Assembly: GCA_046338525.1 (NCBI GenBank)
Contig: JBKDWF010000022.1
Coordinates: 3,304-67,303, forward strand
Origin: Holosporales bacterium
GTDB taxonomy: Bacteria; Pseudomonadota; Alphaproteobacteria; JAJTHO01
DNA: 64,000 bases
Direction of reading: 5' to 3'
The notes under the pieces are model-generated. The model was not told the DNA's origin. It searched no databases and saw nothing but the letters and a program-made list of their open reading frames with translations. Of this stretch, positions 9,856 to 19,836 are shown one piece after another. Each line of letters starts with the position of its first letter. Position 1 is the stretch's first letter. The translations under genes and the position numbers were made by a program.

Positions 9856-11064
9856 CTAGGCGTGTTCGCGGGTGCGGTTCTGGCTATGGGCATAAATGCT
9901 TTTGGCAAAATTCTGCATTTCGCGTTCCATTTCTCGGCTTATGGGTTTTAACATCTCTTTTGATTGTTCGAGTGTATGATGTTGTTCTTTTTCTTGTTTT
10001 TTTTCACCTTTTTTTTCTTGGACTAAGGCCTGGCCTGCTCGTTTGGCAAAGCTAGGCAAGGTGTGCAGCATGACCTCAAGAGGTTCTTCCGTAATTTGGG
10101 CTTGATGGGTTTGATGTTCTTGATGCTTTATGCCGATGGCTTGAGCTGTATCGTGATGACGAGCCAGTAATCGGCCAACATCTATAAGGTTTGTTGTCAT
10201 TTTTTGCGGGTCAAGACTGGCGCTTCTTTGATAAAAATCCACTGCTCGGCCAATGCGTAGCGCAATCTGATCCGGGGCAAAATGATAGCGATATTCAAGA
10301 ATCTGTGGCAACGCATCCCGAACCGCTTGGTGCAGCAATAAGCTACCGCTGCTGAAAGCAAGAACATCAGCGCCCACAGAAGGCAACCCCACCGCAAGGG
10401 CGGCAAAAGACGTGGCTCCCATCCAAAAGCTTCCTGAGCCACGTCCAAACATTGTTGCGGCTGCGAAAAAACTCCACCGCCGCAATAGGCTATGAGGGAG
10501 TAGCTTTTTTTGCAGCATTCCCGCCAAATCCCCCACCGGTAACCCCTGAGCCTGAGCCACTTTAAGCAGCGGGGCTAAATGCTGGCTAACCGGCTGTATC
10601 ACTGCTAAAACTTTATCAAACAAGGCCATCACCCCAGCTCCTAAGCCAAACAGCGATAATAAGGCCATAGCAAAACCCGAGGCGGCAAAAAGTTGCGTGC
10701 CGCTGACTAGGGCACTGGCCACCACTACCGCTCGGCGCCGACGTTTTTTTACCAATACTCCGCCATGATCAAGAAGGTTTAAGTGTGTTGGAACATCTTG
10801 AAAAGAAGATATTTCTTCCTCATTCCCTCGCCGATCTTGGTTGCCGCGTCGATCGGCAAAAGGTAGGATGCCGGTTTGCGTTTGCCGGCGATCGAGACGG
10901 CTGCGCCGTTCGGTGTGGTTGGTAATGCTGGTGCCACTGGCCGCTGTGCCGATGCTGACCACCGCCGCTGCCGTGGAGCCTACGGCATTGTAGTTGTCCT
11001 GAAGATCACGGTGGGCATGGCACTGCATCTTCTTTACTGTGGAAGCAAAAAGTACAATTTTCAA
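9856..11064 (-). CDS. Hypothetical membrane-associated protein (Arg/Asp-rich N-terminus, two predicted TM helices, Lys/Glu-rich C-terminus)
   Basis: 402-aa ORF immediately downstream of, and co-directional with, the hybrid histidine kinase. No recognisable domain. The true start may lie internal to the tracked ORF. Confidence 0.4.
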   Translation of the reverse strand: MKIVLFASTVKKMQCHAHRDLQDNYNAVGSTAAAVVSIGTAASGTSITNHTERRSRLDRRQTQTGILPFADRRGNQDRRGNEEEISSFQDVPTHLNLLDHGGVLVKKRRRRAVVVASALVSGTQLFAASGFAMALLSLFGLGAGVMALFDKVLAVIQPVSQHLAPLLKVAQAQGLPVGDLAGMLQKKLLPHSLLRRWSFFAAATMFGRGSGSFWMGATSFAALAVGLPSVGADVLAFSSGSLLLHQAVRDALPQILEYRYHFAPDQIALRIGRAVDFYQRSASLDPQKMTTNLIDVGRLLARHHDTAQAIGIKHQEHQTHQAQITEEPLEVMLHTLPSFAKRAGQALVQEKKGEKKQEKEQHHTLEQSKEMLKPISREMEREMQNFAKSIYAHSQNRTREHA

Positions 11065-11094
11065 GAAGAATTTTATGGAAAATTACATTTTATT

Positions 11095-12474
11095 TCACGC
11101 TGCTGTGGCTATTTCTCTTTGGGCATATTTTTCTAGTAATTCCAATAACGCCCCGCGGCGGAAAGGTTTTTCAAGGACGATATCAAAGCCGGATTTCTTA
11201 GCTTTTTCATGTGTTTCTAATGATGGTGCTCCGGTCAGAGCAATCAGCGGCGTTTTTTGGTTATACCCCGCTTGGGCGCGCAGTATTTGCGCCGCGGTAA
11301 ACCCATCCATCACCGGCATATTTAAATCAAAAATAATCAAGTCGTAACGGCTTTTTTGGGCACAGGAAACTGCCGCCGCACCATCAGGAACGCTATCCAG
11401 TTCCACCGATAGGGAACCAGCCATCGCCGTTAAAATTTCCTGATTTATCTGTTGATCGTCCGCATAGAGTAAGCGCAAGGATTGGAAGGCATGTACACCT
11501 GTTGGCACATGGTTAGCCTCGACAGCATTTTTTACAACAAACGGCACCTCTACTGTAAAGGTGCTTCCTGTTCCTTGGGTCGATTCCACGCGAATGCTCC
11601 CCTCTAATAACTGCACTAATTGTTGGGTAATGGCCAGGCCAAGGCCGCTGCTGTCCATCACTTCTGCACCTTTTACAAAATTGGCAAAGGGCTTGAACAA
11701 TTGTTCTTGTTGTTCTGCTGTCATGCCGCGGCCACTATCGGAAACATGCAAAGCAATACAACCGCTGGGCGTAACCCCCATATGCACAAAAACGAAACCT
11801 TCATCAGTATATTTGATGGCATTGCTTATAAGATTCAGCAAAACTTGACGAAGCCGCCATGGATCACCGGCAACATACATGGGGCAGGAAACTTCATTGC
11901 GTACTTGATAGGCAAGCTTTTTTGCCCCTGCCTTTGGGCTAAGCATGGCGCAGGTCTCCTCAAACCATGCGCCCACCTCAAAATCCATCCGTTCAATATG
12001 CACCACACCCTTGCGAAGTTTAACAACATCAAGAAAATCCCTTAGGATATGCTGGATTGTTTCTGTGGCTACTTGAAGATGATTTAACATTTGTGCGGCT
12101 TCGCCGTTCAACGGTTGCCGAGCCAGCAAATCAGTAAAGTTGCAAATGGCATTAACCGGGGTTAACAGTTCATGGCTTATTTTTCCAAGAAATACATGCT
12201 GTTGCTCATCTTTGATTTTCAAGTCTTCGTAATTTTTCAACAGTTTTGCCCGGGCTTTGTACTGCCGTCGCAGGTGCACTATGGATAATACCGCACCACC
12301 AAAAATGACCAGCGATAATAAGGAACTCACAAAAATAGACCATGAAACAAATCTATTTAAATTATTGATATAATGAATAAAAGTAAAAAAACTTAACACA
12401 AAAAGGCCGAATGACAGGATTACTATCCCGCGCAACAGGGGCAAAAAACACCATACCCTGTGTTCATTTGTCAT
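11095..12474 (-). CDS. Hybrid sensor histidine kinase (TM anchor, HisKA, HATPase_c, C-terminal REC receiver)
   Basis: H-box 'ISHELLTPVNAI', G-box 'GLGLAITQQLV', and a receiver domain containing 'DLIIFDLNMPVMDG'. Confidence 0.85.
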   Translation of the reverse strand: MTNEHRVWCFLPLLRGIVILSFGLFVLSFFTFIHYINNLNRFVSWSIFVSSLLSLVIFGGAVLSIVHLRRQYKARAKLLKNYEDLKIKDEQQHVFLGKISHELLTPVNAICNFTDLLARQPLNGEAAQMLNHLQVATETIQHILRDFLDVVKLRKGVVHIERMDFEVGAWFEETCAMLSPKAGAKKLAYQVRNEVSCPMYVAGDPWRLRQVLLNLISNAIKYTDEGFVFVHMGVTPSGCIALHVSDSGRGMTAEQQEQLFKPFANFVKGAEVMDSSGLGLAITQQLVQLLEGSIRVESTQGTGSTFTVEVPFVVKNAVEANHVPTGVHAFQSLRLLYADDQQINQEILTAMAGSLSVELDSVPDGAAAVSCAQKSRYDLIIFDLNMPVMDGFTAAQILRAQAGYNQKTPLIALTGAPSLETHEKAKKSGFDIVLEKPFRRGALLELLEKYAQREIATAA

Positions 12475-12553
12475 AGGTTCTTGGCTAACAAGATACTATT
12501 AAGAAAAAGTGAAAAGATCATTGCCCGACGGCGGCTTTCGTGGTTCAAACAGT

Positions 12554-12645
12554 GGGGTGTCTCTATTAACCTCATTTATGGGGATGAGTGGCTAAAAAAA
12601 GATTTTCCATCAACAGCCCCAGAAATGAGGTTAATAGAGGTGCCC
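12554..12645. repeat. Family B palindromic element, copy B1 (arms 'ggggtgtctctattaacctcatttatgggg' and 'ccccagaaatgaggttaatagaggtgccc')
   Basis: Inverted arms at 12554-12583 and 12617-12645. Related copies at 17880-17999 and 33604-33625. Lies just upstream of, and overlapping, the EIIA-Man start region. Confidence 0.65.
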
Positions 12646-12651
12646 AGTGTT

Positions 12652-13083
12652 ATGAACAGCGTTATGAACAGCGTTCTGGGGATAGTCTTGGTCACCCACG
12701 GTGGGTTAGCAACAGCTTTTGTTGACGTGCTCGAGCATGTCCTTGGCAAACAGCAAAGCATCATCGCTCTTGGCATTGAACCTCATGATAATTTGACCAG
12801 CCGCCGCGCCGATATTGTCCGTGCCATTAAGGAAGTGGATCATGGCCACGGCGTGGTTGTTCTTACCGATATGTTTGGCGGTACACCGTCCAACCTTGCC
12901 ATTGCGGCGATGCAGGGGCGTCCTATTGAAGTGATTGCCGGGGTAAACCTGCCCATGCTTATCAAGCTTGTGGAAGCTCGTTCTGCTAAAAAGCCGCTGC
13001 ATCAAGTGGTTTTGGAGGCTCAAGAGGCAGGCCGTCGCTATATTCATGTTGCTGGCGGTTTTTTAGAAGGGGTTATCACGTGA
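12652..13083 (+). CDS. manX: PTS EIIA component, mannose/fructose family (ManX-like, nitrogen-type PTS)
   Basis: 'MNSVMNSVLGIVLVTHGGLATAF...' is an EIIA-Man fold with the conserved His in 'VTHGG'. The tracked ORF start at 12460 is an extension; ATGs at 12652 or 12664 are the plausible starts. Confidence 0.75.
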   Translation: MNSVMNSVLGIVLVTHGGLATAFVDVLEHVLGKQQSIIALGIEPHDNLTSRRADIVRAIKEVDHGHGVVVLTDMFGGTPSNLAIAAMQGRPIEVIAGVNLPMLIKLVEARSAKKPLHQVVLEAQEAGRRYIHVAGGFLEGVIT

Positions 13084-13364
13084 AATCCAAAACTGCGCCA
13101 GTATCTCAAGAAGTCACCATTCTCAATGAACGGGGTCTGCACGCTAGGGCTGCTGCCAAGGTTGCCCGGTTAGCAAGCCAATATAAATCTAACATTGATG
13201 TAGCTCGAGCGGGCACTAACGTTCCAGCGGCTTCCTTAATGGGGCTGTTGATGTTAGGGGCCAGCAAGGGTACGGCCATTACCATCACTGCCCAAGGGGA
13301 TGATGCTCCCCAAGCCTTGGCCAATCTTGTGGCACTTATTGAGCGTAAATTTGATGAAGAATGA
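13080..13364 (+). CDS. ptsH: Phosphocarrier protein HPr/NPr
   Basis: 94 aa with the active-site context 'ERGLHARAAAKV'. Confidence 0.85.
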   Translation: MKSKTAPVSQEVTILNERGLHARAAAKVARLASQYKSNIDVARAGTNVPAASLMGLLMLGASKGTAITITAQGDDAPQALANLVALIERKFDEE

Positions 13365-15048
13365 TACGCCCCCGGTGGAGCGTCGCCTCACCGGGCTTGG
13401 GGTTTCGCCAGGCGTTGCCATTGCCCCTATACGGGTTCGTCATGCCGGACTACGCAGCGTGCCACTATACCACATCAGCCCTGATGATATAGAATTTGAA
13501 TGGACACGTCTTAGCCTTGCCGCCGCCGAATCCCGCCATGAATTAAGACAACTCATTGACAAGGCATCTTCTTTTTCCAGTAGCGCCAGTGAACAGGTGC
13601 GAAGTATTCTTGAGGTGCACGTACAAATGCTGGACGGATCGCGTCTTCTGCGCGGTATTGAGCACCGAATTCGTGAACAACGCCAGAACGCTGCTTGGGC
13701 GGTGCAAGAAGAAGCCGGGGAGTTAGCCGCCGTGATGGAAGGCTTGGCCGATCGCTACCTTGCCGCTAGAGCCGAGGATGTGCGCGGGGTGGCTGCCCGC
13801 CTCCTGCGGGTGCTTGCGGCCACGGGTCACGCTCATGCTCCGCCAGATAAAGACGAATCCGCCGCTTTATCCTATATTCTTATTACGGATACTCTTTCTC
13901 CTGCTGATGCGGTGGATATTGATCCTGGAGCCGTATCAGCTTTTGTTACGCAATCCGGCGGTGCTGACAGCCACACAGCCATTCTTGCCCGCTCTATCGG
14001 TATACCTGCTGTTTTAGCCGTCGAAAATTTGTTGGAGCACTGTCATCACAACGATACCGTAGTGGTGGACGGTGATGCGGGAATTGTCATTTTACACCCA
14101 AGCCCGGCTACTGTCGCTGCCTATACCCAACGTCTTGCGGATAACGCCAGCCATCGCAAAACCTTAGAGCCTTTAACACACGAACATGCTGTTACCATTT
14201 GCGGTAAACGCATTTTTGTCCGTTGCAACATCGATCTCCCCCGGGAAGTGGCTCAAGCATTGCGCTATAACTGCGAGGGGATAGGCCTGCTGCGAACAGA
14301 ATTTTTATACCTGCATCGGCGGCGATTACCGGGTGAGGAAGAACAGTTTGAACACCTGCGTGCCATCATTGAGCAAATGGGAGATCATATTATTACCATT
14401 CGCACCCTGGATTTAGGGGGAGAAAAATTGCTTTCTGCTGAAGAACATGATGATGTGGCTGAGGCGAATTCACTGCTGGGTCTACGGGCAATTCGCCTGT
14501 GCCTAGCCCATCCGGAAATTTTTCGCCCACAACTGCGGGCTATTCTTAGGGCTTCGGCTTTTGGAAATGTAAGAATTTTATTGCCGATGGTAAGTCGTCT
14601 GCGGGATGTTACCGCCACTAGGGCGTTGCTTGCCGAGTGTGCTGAAGATTTGCAGGCGCAAGGGTACATCATGCCCGATCGCCTGCCGCCGGTGGGGGTG
14701 ATGATTGAGGGTCCCGCTGCTGCATTGAGTGCCGAAGAACTGGCCGAACAAGTGGATTTTTTTTCTATTGGAACCAACGACTTGACCATGTACACTTTGG
14801 CTGTGGATCGCGGTGATGAGAGGATGTTGGACTATTATCAACCGCGACATAACGCTGTTCTGAAGTTAATTGAAATGACTGTTACCGCTGCCGATAGACG
14901 CGGCATTCCTGTCAGTGTCTGCGGCGAAATGGCCGCTGACCCCATGGCCTTGGAAACCTTGCTTCGCCTTGGAATTCGTGAGGTCTCGGTTGCCCCGCCT
15001 AGCTTATTGCCCGTAAAAGATAAGATTCGGCAACTGCATTTGGCATGA
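13354..15048 (+). CDS. ptsI: Phosphoenolpyruvate-protein phosphotransferase (PTS enzyme I, no GAF domain)
   Basis: N-terminal 'GVSPGVAIAP' phosphohistidine domain and PEP-utilizing motifs ('IGTNDLTMYTLAVDR', 'CGEMA'). The plausible start at ATG 13354 overlaps the ptsH stop. Confidence 0.85.
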   Translation: MKNDTPPVERRLTGLGVSPGVAIAPIRVRHAGLRSVPLYHISPDDIEFEWTRLSLAAAESRHELRQLIDKASSFSSSASEQVRSILEVHVQMLDGSRLLRGIEHRIREQRQNAAWAVQEEAGELAAVMEGLADRYLAARAEDVRGVAARLLRVLAATGHAHAPPDKDESAALSYILITDTLSPADAVDIDPGAVSAFVTQSGGADSHTAILARSIGIPAVLAVENLLEHCHHNDTVVVDGDAGIVILHPSPATVAAYTQRLADNASHRKTLEPLTHEHAVTICGKRIFVRCNIDLPREVAQALRYNCEGIGLLRTEFLYLHRRRLPGEEEQFEHLRAIIEQMGDHIITIRTLDLGGEKLLSAEEHDDVAEANSLLGLRAIRLCLAHPEIFRPQLRAILRASAFGNVRILLPMVSRLRDVTATRALLAECAEDLQAQGYIMPDRLPPVGVMIEGPAAALSAEELAEQVDFFSIGTNDLTMYTLAVDRGDERMLDYYQPRHNAVLKLIEMTVTAADRRGIPVSVCGEMAADPMALETLLRLGIREVSVAPPSLLPVKDKIRQLHLA

Positions 15049-15050
15049 AG

Positions 15051-15147
15051 TTACCCTATGCACACAAGTCCTAAAATTGGCTCTTTTTCAGCATTATTGC
15101 TATCAACGCCGTTGCCTTGAAGAAAACAAGAAAAACCCACGGGGGTG
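15051..15147. repeat. Family A repeat, copy A3 (truncated, ~97 bp)
   Basis: Begins with the inverted terminus 'ttaccctatgcacacaagtcctaaaattggctct' and retains '...aacgccgttgccttgaagaaaacaag...cccacgggggtg'. Fills the ptsI / lytic transglycosylase intergenic gap. Confidence 0.7.
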
Positions 15148-15150
15148 AAG

Positions 15151-15966
15151 TTATTGCTCCATATAACGGTAGCGATAGGTAATCCCCTTGCCCTGCCGCT
15201 CGGTGCTGACACTAGCAAAACGCCCCGGAACGGTATTGCCTTTGGCATCCAATACACGCAAATGCGAGGATCGACGAGCCTCCATTAATTTATTTCTTTG
15301 TTTTAAAGAGGAAATATTGTGTAGTATAGGGGCGGGAAGCGAAGCACTATTGGCCGTCGTGGTTGGTTTATTTTTACCCCGGCGCAGGGCAATGGTTGCC
15401 CCCCCGCCAGTCTTTGTTTTTCGCCACTGCGATAATACTTTATCACGATACCTAGCATGAAATTTATCGGTGCGGGAATGATAATTGCCGATGGCTTTAA
15501 CCCAAGAATTTTGTTCTTCATACAAGCCTCGTAAAAAACGCGCTGCATAAGCAACATTTTCTTTTGGATCAAAGGCTTCATCAAGATTCTTAAACGCCGC
15601 TTTATGATGCAAGAGATTCACTTGCATACAGCCGACATCAATATTTTTTACGCCTTTAGCTTGGAGACGACGAACGGCGGCCATTGCTTCTTTTTTGCTA
15701 TTAAAATAGCGTCCTTGCCCCTCGGCCATCACTGTCCACGGCCACGCAACAATCTTATTGGTCTCGGGATCACGCCGGGCGGATTCCGTCAGGGCAATCG
15801 CCTCCAACAGGCGCGCGGGCAAACGTTCTTGGTATTCGGTTTCTATAATAGCCCGGTGGCAAACCATGAGAGGGTCAGATTTAGCGTTACGGGCATGAGC
15901 CGCCGTACTAGCTAAAACTGCCGCCACCATAATTATTAAGATAACAAGAAGTCGTTTGGACATCAT
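15151..15966 (-). CDS. Lytic transglycosylase (SLT domain), secreted
   Basis: Signal peptide 'MMSKRLLVILIIMVAAVLASTAAHA', catalytic 'TES' in 'EAIALTESARRD', and 'GCMQVN'. The tracked start at 16014 is an extension. Confidence 0.7.
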   Translation of the reverse strand: MMSKRLLVILIIMVAAVLASTAAHARNAKSDPLMVCHRAIIETEYQERLPARLLEAIALTESARRDPETNKIVAWPWTVMAEGQGRYFNSKKEAMAAVRRLQAKGVKNIDVGCMQVNLLHHKAAFKNLDEAFDPKENVAYAARFLRGLYEEQNSWVKAIGNYHSRTDKFHARYRDKVLSQWRKTKTGGGATIALRRGKNKPTTTANSASLPAPILHNISSLKQRNKLMEARRSSHLRVLDAKGNTVPGRFASVSTERQGKGITYRYRYMEQ

Positions 15967-16068
15967 CCCTGCTATAGTGCAAAAAGGATACCAAAGTATT
16001 AAAGTTTGAGCCATTCATAAAGGTAGCATTAATCACACTTTGTTGCAATTTATTTATTATTGTGTTTA

Positions 16069-17856
16069 TTATTGCAGGCGTAACGCCTGACGCATGTACG
16101 CACCCCATACTCTCGCGGGCAGCCCCCCCCCCGTCACTTTATCCATCGGCGTATTATCATCATTGCCCATCCAAACCCCCGTTGTAATATCCTCCGCTGA
16201 CCCCAAAAACCAAGCATCACGAAAATCTTGGCTGGTACCAGTTTTTCCTCCGGCAATGGCATCCAGCCGTGCTGCTTCCCCCGTCCCACCGGGAGAATAC
16301 AGCACCGATGACAACAGTTGCTGAACCCCAGCCAACGCCACAGGGGACAGCACCCGCCGGGTGAGACGGTTTGGAGTGGCATATAGCTCTCGCCCTTTGC
16401 TTGTGCTGATACGCACTACGCCATAAGGGCGCACCTTATACCCCTCGGCTGCTACCGTCGCGTAGGCTGAGGTTAATTCCAAAAGACTTAGCTCAGACGA
16501 TCCTAGGGCACTGCTTAAATCTTGGCGAATCGGGCTTGTGATTCCCATGGCATGAGCCAACGCCGCCACCTTACCCATGCCTACTGCTTGAGCCAAGCGC
16601 ACCATAGGAACATTAAGAGACTGAGCAAAGGCTTGCTGCAATGTCACGGTACCCAGATGCTGGCCATGATAATTTTCCGGCACCCAGCCTTCAATATCCA
16701 GCGGCGTGTCTTCTAGCGTGCTGTCCGGCGTATAGCCGGCCTCTAAGGCCGCCGCCGCCACAAACAACTTGAAGGCCGAACCGGGCTGGCGTTGAGCTTG
16801 GGTCACGCGATTAAATTGACTAAACGCATAGTCAATGCCCCCGACCATAGCCACCACCGCTCCTGTTGCTGATACGCTAAGCAATGCCCCTTGGGACACA
16901 TTTTTTTTCAAACCCGAAGCATTGAGAGTTTCGGTCAAAATCTTTTCCGCAGCCCGCTGTCGTGCCAAGCTGAGGGTTGTTTGAACAACAATATCTTCTT
17001 CGGGATAGCCAATATATTCCGGTAAACCATCGAGCACCCAGTCGGCAAAATAGCGGCTACCTGTGGGAACATTGCCTCTGGCAAAGCGCAGCGGCAAAGC
17101 GGCAGCCTTTTTTGCTTCAACCTCGGTCAGAAACCCGGCATCAGTCATATTGAGCAAAACCTGATCGCCTCGACCTGCTGCGGCCTCTGGACGCACCAAA
17201 GGATTGAGGCGCGAGGGAGCCTTGAGTAACCCAATCAGAACCGCCGCCTCCCGCCGATTTAATCGCGCAACGGATAAGTGAAAATACTTCTCCGCTGCCG
17301 CCGCCACACCGTATGTTCCGGCACCAAAATATACCCTATTAAGATAAAGAGTGAGTATCTTATCTTTACTGAAATTCCGCTCTAACCAATAGGCAATTAC
17401 TACCTCCCGTAACTTACGCGACCATGTGCGCTCATGGGTTAGAAACAAGTTTTTTGCTAGTTGCTGGGTCAGGGTGCTGCCCCCTTGGACAATCCCCCCC
17501 GATACAACATTCACCACCATAGCCCGTGCTATCCCACGCCAATCAATCCCGCCGTGTTGATAAAAGCGTCGATCCTCTGTCGCCAAAACAGCGTTCACCA
17601 CATCCCGTGGCACCTCGGCCAAGCGCACCGGGATGCCGTACAAATCCCCGTAGGTAGCCAAAATATCCCCCTCTGCCGAAAGCATGGTCACACTAGGCCG
17701 ACGCTCAAATCTTGTGACATCGGCGATAGTGGGCAGGTTGCTGGCATAGTATCCCACTAGCCCGGCGATAAGAAGAACCCCGCACACAAGCACCCCTGCC
17801 GTAACGCGAAGGAGGTTTTTTTTCAAAGATATTTTACGGTTTTTTCGCACGACCAT
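16069..17856 (-). CDS. Class A penicillin-binding protein (GT51 transglycosylase plus transpeptidase)
   Basis: 595 aa with an N-terminal TM anchor. Transglycosylase motifs 'ATEDRRFYQHGGID' and 'TLTQQLAKNLFL'; transpeptidase motifs 'SAFK' and 'KTGTS'. Contains a G10 homopolymer (plus strand C10 at 16123-16132) near its 3' end. Confidence 0.8.
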   Translation of the reverse strand: MVVRKNRKISLKKNLLRVTAGVLVCGVLLIAGLVGYYASNLPTIADVTRFERRPSVTMLSAEGDILATYGDLYGIPVRLAEVPRDVVNAVLATEDRRFYQHGGIDWRGIARAMVVNVVSGGIVQGGSTLTQQLAKNLFLTHERTWSRKLREVVIAYWLERNFSKDKILTLYLNRVYFGAGTYGVAAAAEKYFHLSVARLNRREAAVLIGLLKAPSRLNPLVRPEAAAGRGDQVLLNMTDAGFLTEVEAKKAAALPLRFARGNVPTGSRYFADWVLDGLPEYIGYPEEDIVVQTTLSLARQRAAEKILTETLNASGLKKNVSQGALLSVSATGAVVAMVGGIDYAFSQFNRVTQAQRQPGSAFKLFVAAAALEAGYTPDSTLEDTPLDIEGWVPENYHGQHLGTVTLQQAFAQSLNVPMVRLAQAVGMGKVAALAHAMGITSPIRQDLSSALGSSELSLLELTSAYATVAAEGYKVRPYGVVRISTSKGRELYATPNRLTRRVLSPVALAGVQQLLSSVLYSPGGTGEAARLDAIAGGKTGTSQDFRDAWFLGSAEDITTGVWMGNDDNTPMDKVTGGGLPARVWGAYMRQALRLQ

Positions 17857-17879
17857 GCCTTGCGGTAGCGATGATGGAA

Positions 17880-17999
17880 GACGATGTCAATTGCTGCGCA
17901 CCTCTATACCTCATTTCTGGGGCGATTGACATCGTCGGATATTTGCTCGCAAAGCTCGTTCTAGTCACTTACCCCATACAATGGGTTAATAGAGGTGCC
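17880..17999. repeat. Family B palindromic element, copy B2 (nested inverted repeats)
   Basis: Outer 12-bp perfect inverted repeat 'gacgatgtcaat' / 'attgacatcgtc' (17880-17891 / 17925-17936). Inner arm 'gcacctctatacctcatttctgggg' (17898-17922) pairs with 'ccccatacaatgggttaatagaggtgcc' (17973-17999). Confidence 0.65.
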
Positions 18000-18008
18000 G
18001 AGAGGTTG

Positions 18009-18824
18009 TTATTGTGTAACTGGCACTGTCGATAGTTCCTTTGAGTCAATATTGATTTGTGCCTTGTTGCGTAGCTCATCGACTTGTTTTTCTACGAGTT
18101 GACCGATGGCTTCTTGTTCTAGGCGCGATTTTACGGCATCAAAAGACGGCACTTGAGCCGGGCGATTATCGATAACTTTGATAACATGCCAGCCAAAACG
18201 GCTTTTCACCGGGGTTTTAGTATTTTCGCTAGGCTTCATGGCAAAGGCTGCCTCGGAAAATTCGGGCACCATCATCCCTTTACGAAAATAGCCCAAATCA
18301 CCACCGCTGGCTTTTGTGCCGGGATCGCTGCTTTTTTCAGCGGCAATTTTGGCAAAATCGGCACCCTTATCGAGTTCTTTTATCACCTGTTTTGCGGCTT
18401 CTTCACTGGGCAAAAGAATATGGCTGGCGCGGACTTCACGCTCGTCTTTATTGGCCTTAACAAATTCATCGTACAATTTTTTTAGTTTTTCATCGTTCAC
18501 GTCTTTTTCGATACGGCTACGCAGGTACAATTCCCGTAAGGTATTTATGCGGAATGCCTCCATGCGTTTTTTAAAATCATCGGTAGCGGCAATTTTTGAA
18601 GCCTCGGCGGCTTTGTCAATCAAGCTTTCCCGCACCAAACCATCAAGCACTAGTTGTCGAACCTGATCAGGGGTTTGCCCGGCAATGGCCTGAGGCGGTA
18701 CATTACGCAGACGATCGAGTATCTGTTGTTTGGTGATAGGTGTACCATCCACTGTAGCAACAGTTTGTGCCTGAGCAGTGAACGGAACAAGCATAAAAGG
18801 TAATAAAAATAATGCGCGACGCAC
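18009..18824 (-). CDS. Periplasmic parvulin-type peptidyl-prolyl cis-trans isomerase (SurA/PpiC-like)
   Basis: Signal peptide '[19 protein letters not shown]' and a PpiC domain containing 'ASHILL...[16 protein letters not shown]'. Confidence 0.8.
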   Translation of the reverse strand: MRRALFLLPFMLVPFTAQAQTVATVDGTPITKQQILDRLRNVPPQAIAGQTPDQVRQLVLDGLVRESLIDKAAEASKIAATDDFKKRMEAFRINTLRELYLRSRIEKDVNDEKLKKLYDEFVKANKDEREVRASHILLPSEEAAKQVIKELDKGADFAKIAAEKSSDPGTKASGGDLGYFRKGMMVPEFSEAAFAMKPSENTKTPVKSRFGWHVIKVIDNRPAQVPSFDAVKSRLEQEAIGQLVEKQVDELRNKAQINIDSKELSTVPVTQ

Positions 18825-18895
18825 GGGGTTCTCCTTCGCTTTGCAATGAACGCCAAAGGATGCTACAGCTTAGCCCACACAACGCAAGTAGCAAA

Positions 18896-19813
18896 ATGAC
18901 CACACCTACACCCCATCATGAACTGGCATCCCATCATGAACTGGCCGCGCTTCGCGCCCAGACCGCCTACACCCGCCGCGCCACGGTGCCGGCTCTTGAG
19001 GAGGTTTTATACCTTCCTCATCCCGTGCTGGATCACGGCTTTATCCGCGTCATTGATTACATGGGCGACGATGCGGCCATTGTTCAGGCGGCGCGGGTAT
19101 CCTATGGGAAAGGAACCAAGCAAGCTTCCAATGACGCGGGGCTTATTCAATACCTTATGCGCCATTGGCACACCACGCCGTTTGAGATGTGTGAGATAAA
19201 GTTTCACATTAAGTTGCCTATTTTTGTGGCGCGGCAATGGATTCGTCACCGTACCGCCAATGTTAATGAATACTCCGCCCGTTATTCTATGCTGGATAAG
19301 GAATTCTACCTACCGAAACCAGAACACCTAGCTTCCCAATCCACCATCAACAATCAAGGCCGAGGGGAGACTCTGTCCTCTGCCCAGGCGGAACGGGTAC
19401 TTGAGATTCTCAAAGGGGATGCCGAACGCGCCTATGAACATTATGAGGGATTGCTCAGCGGTGATGATGCTATTGCGAGGGAATTGGCCAGGATGAACCT
19501 AAGCCTTAACTTCTACACACAGTGGTATTGGAAAATTGATCTACATAATCTTTTTCATTTTGTCCGCCTGCGCGCCGATCACCATGCCCAGTATGAGATA
19601 AGGGTTTATGCGGAGGTATTATTGAACTTATTGGAGCGCTGGGTGCCGTTGGCTTTTGCTGCGTTTAAGGAATACCGTCTTGGTGCGGTACAATTATCGG
19701 CGGGGGGGTGGACGGTTATCAAGCGGCTGCTCAATGGGGAAAAGGTTACGCAGGAATCCAGCGGTCTTGGTAAACGCGAATGGGGAGAGCTACAGGCGTT
19801 GCTTGGATATTGA
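18896..19813 (+). CDS. thyX: FAD-dependent thymidylate synthase ThyX
   Basis: ThyX signature '[15 protein letters not shown]' (RHR-X7-S). The tracked start at 18812 is an extension. The N-terminus carries a 15-bp tandem duplication encoding '[11 protein letters not shown]'. Confidence 0.8.
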   Translation: MTTPTPHHELASHHELAALRAQTAYTRRATVPALEEVLYLPHPVLDHGFIRVIDYMGDDAAIVQAARVSYGKGTKQASNDAGLIQYLMRHWHTTPFEMCEIKFHIKLPIFVARQWIRHRTANVNEYSARYSMLDKEFYLPKPEHLASQSTINNQGRGETLSSAQAERVLEILKGDAERAYEHYEGLLSGDDAIARELARMNLSLNFYTQWYWKIDLHNLFHFVRLRADHHAQYEIRVYAEVLLNLLERWVPLAFAAFKEYRLGAVQLSAGGWTVIKRLLNGEKVTQESSGLGKREWGELQALLGY

Positions 19814-19836
19814 ACGCAAAGCGGTATCAAAATCCA

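Noticed and set aside
16123-16132. C10/G10 homopolymer inside the PBP gene as a phase-variation switch
   Set aside because: It lies ~17 codons from the 3' end of an essential-type cell-wall synthase. A frameshift would only alter the extreme C-terminus. More likely a benign homopolymer, though it shares the poly-C motif seen at 63810-63821.
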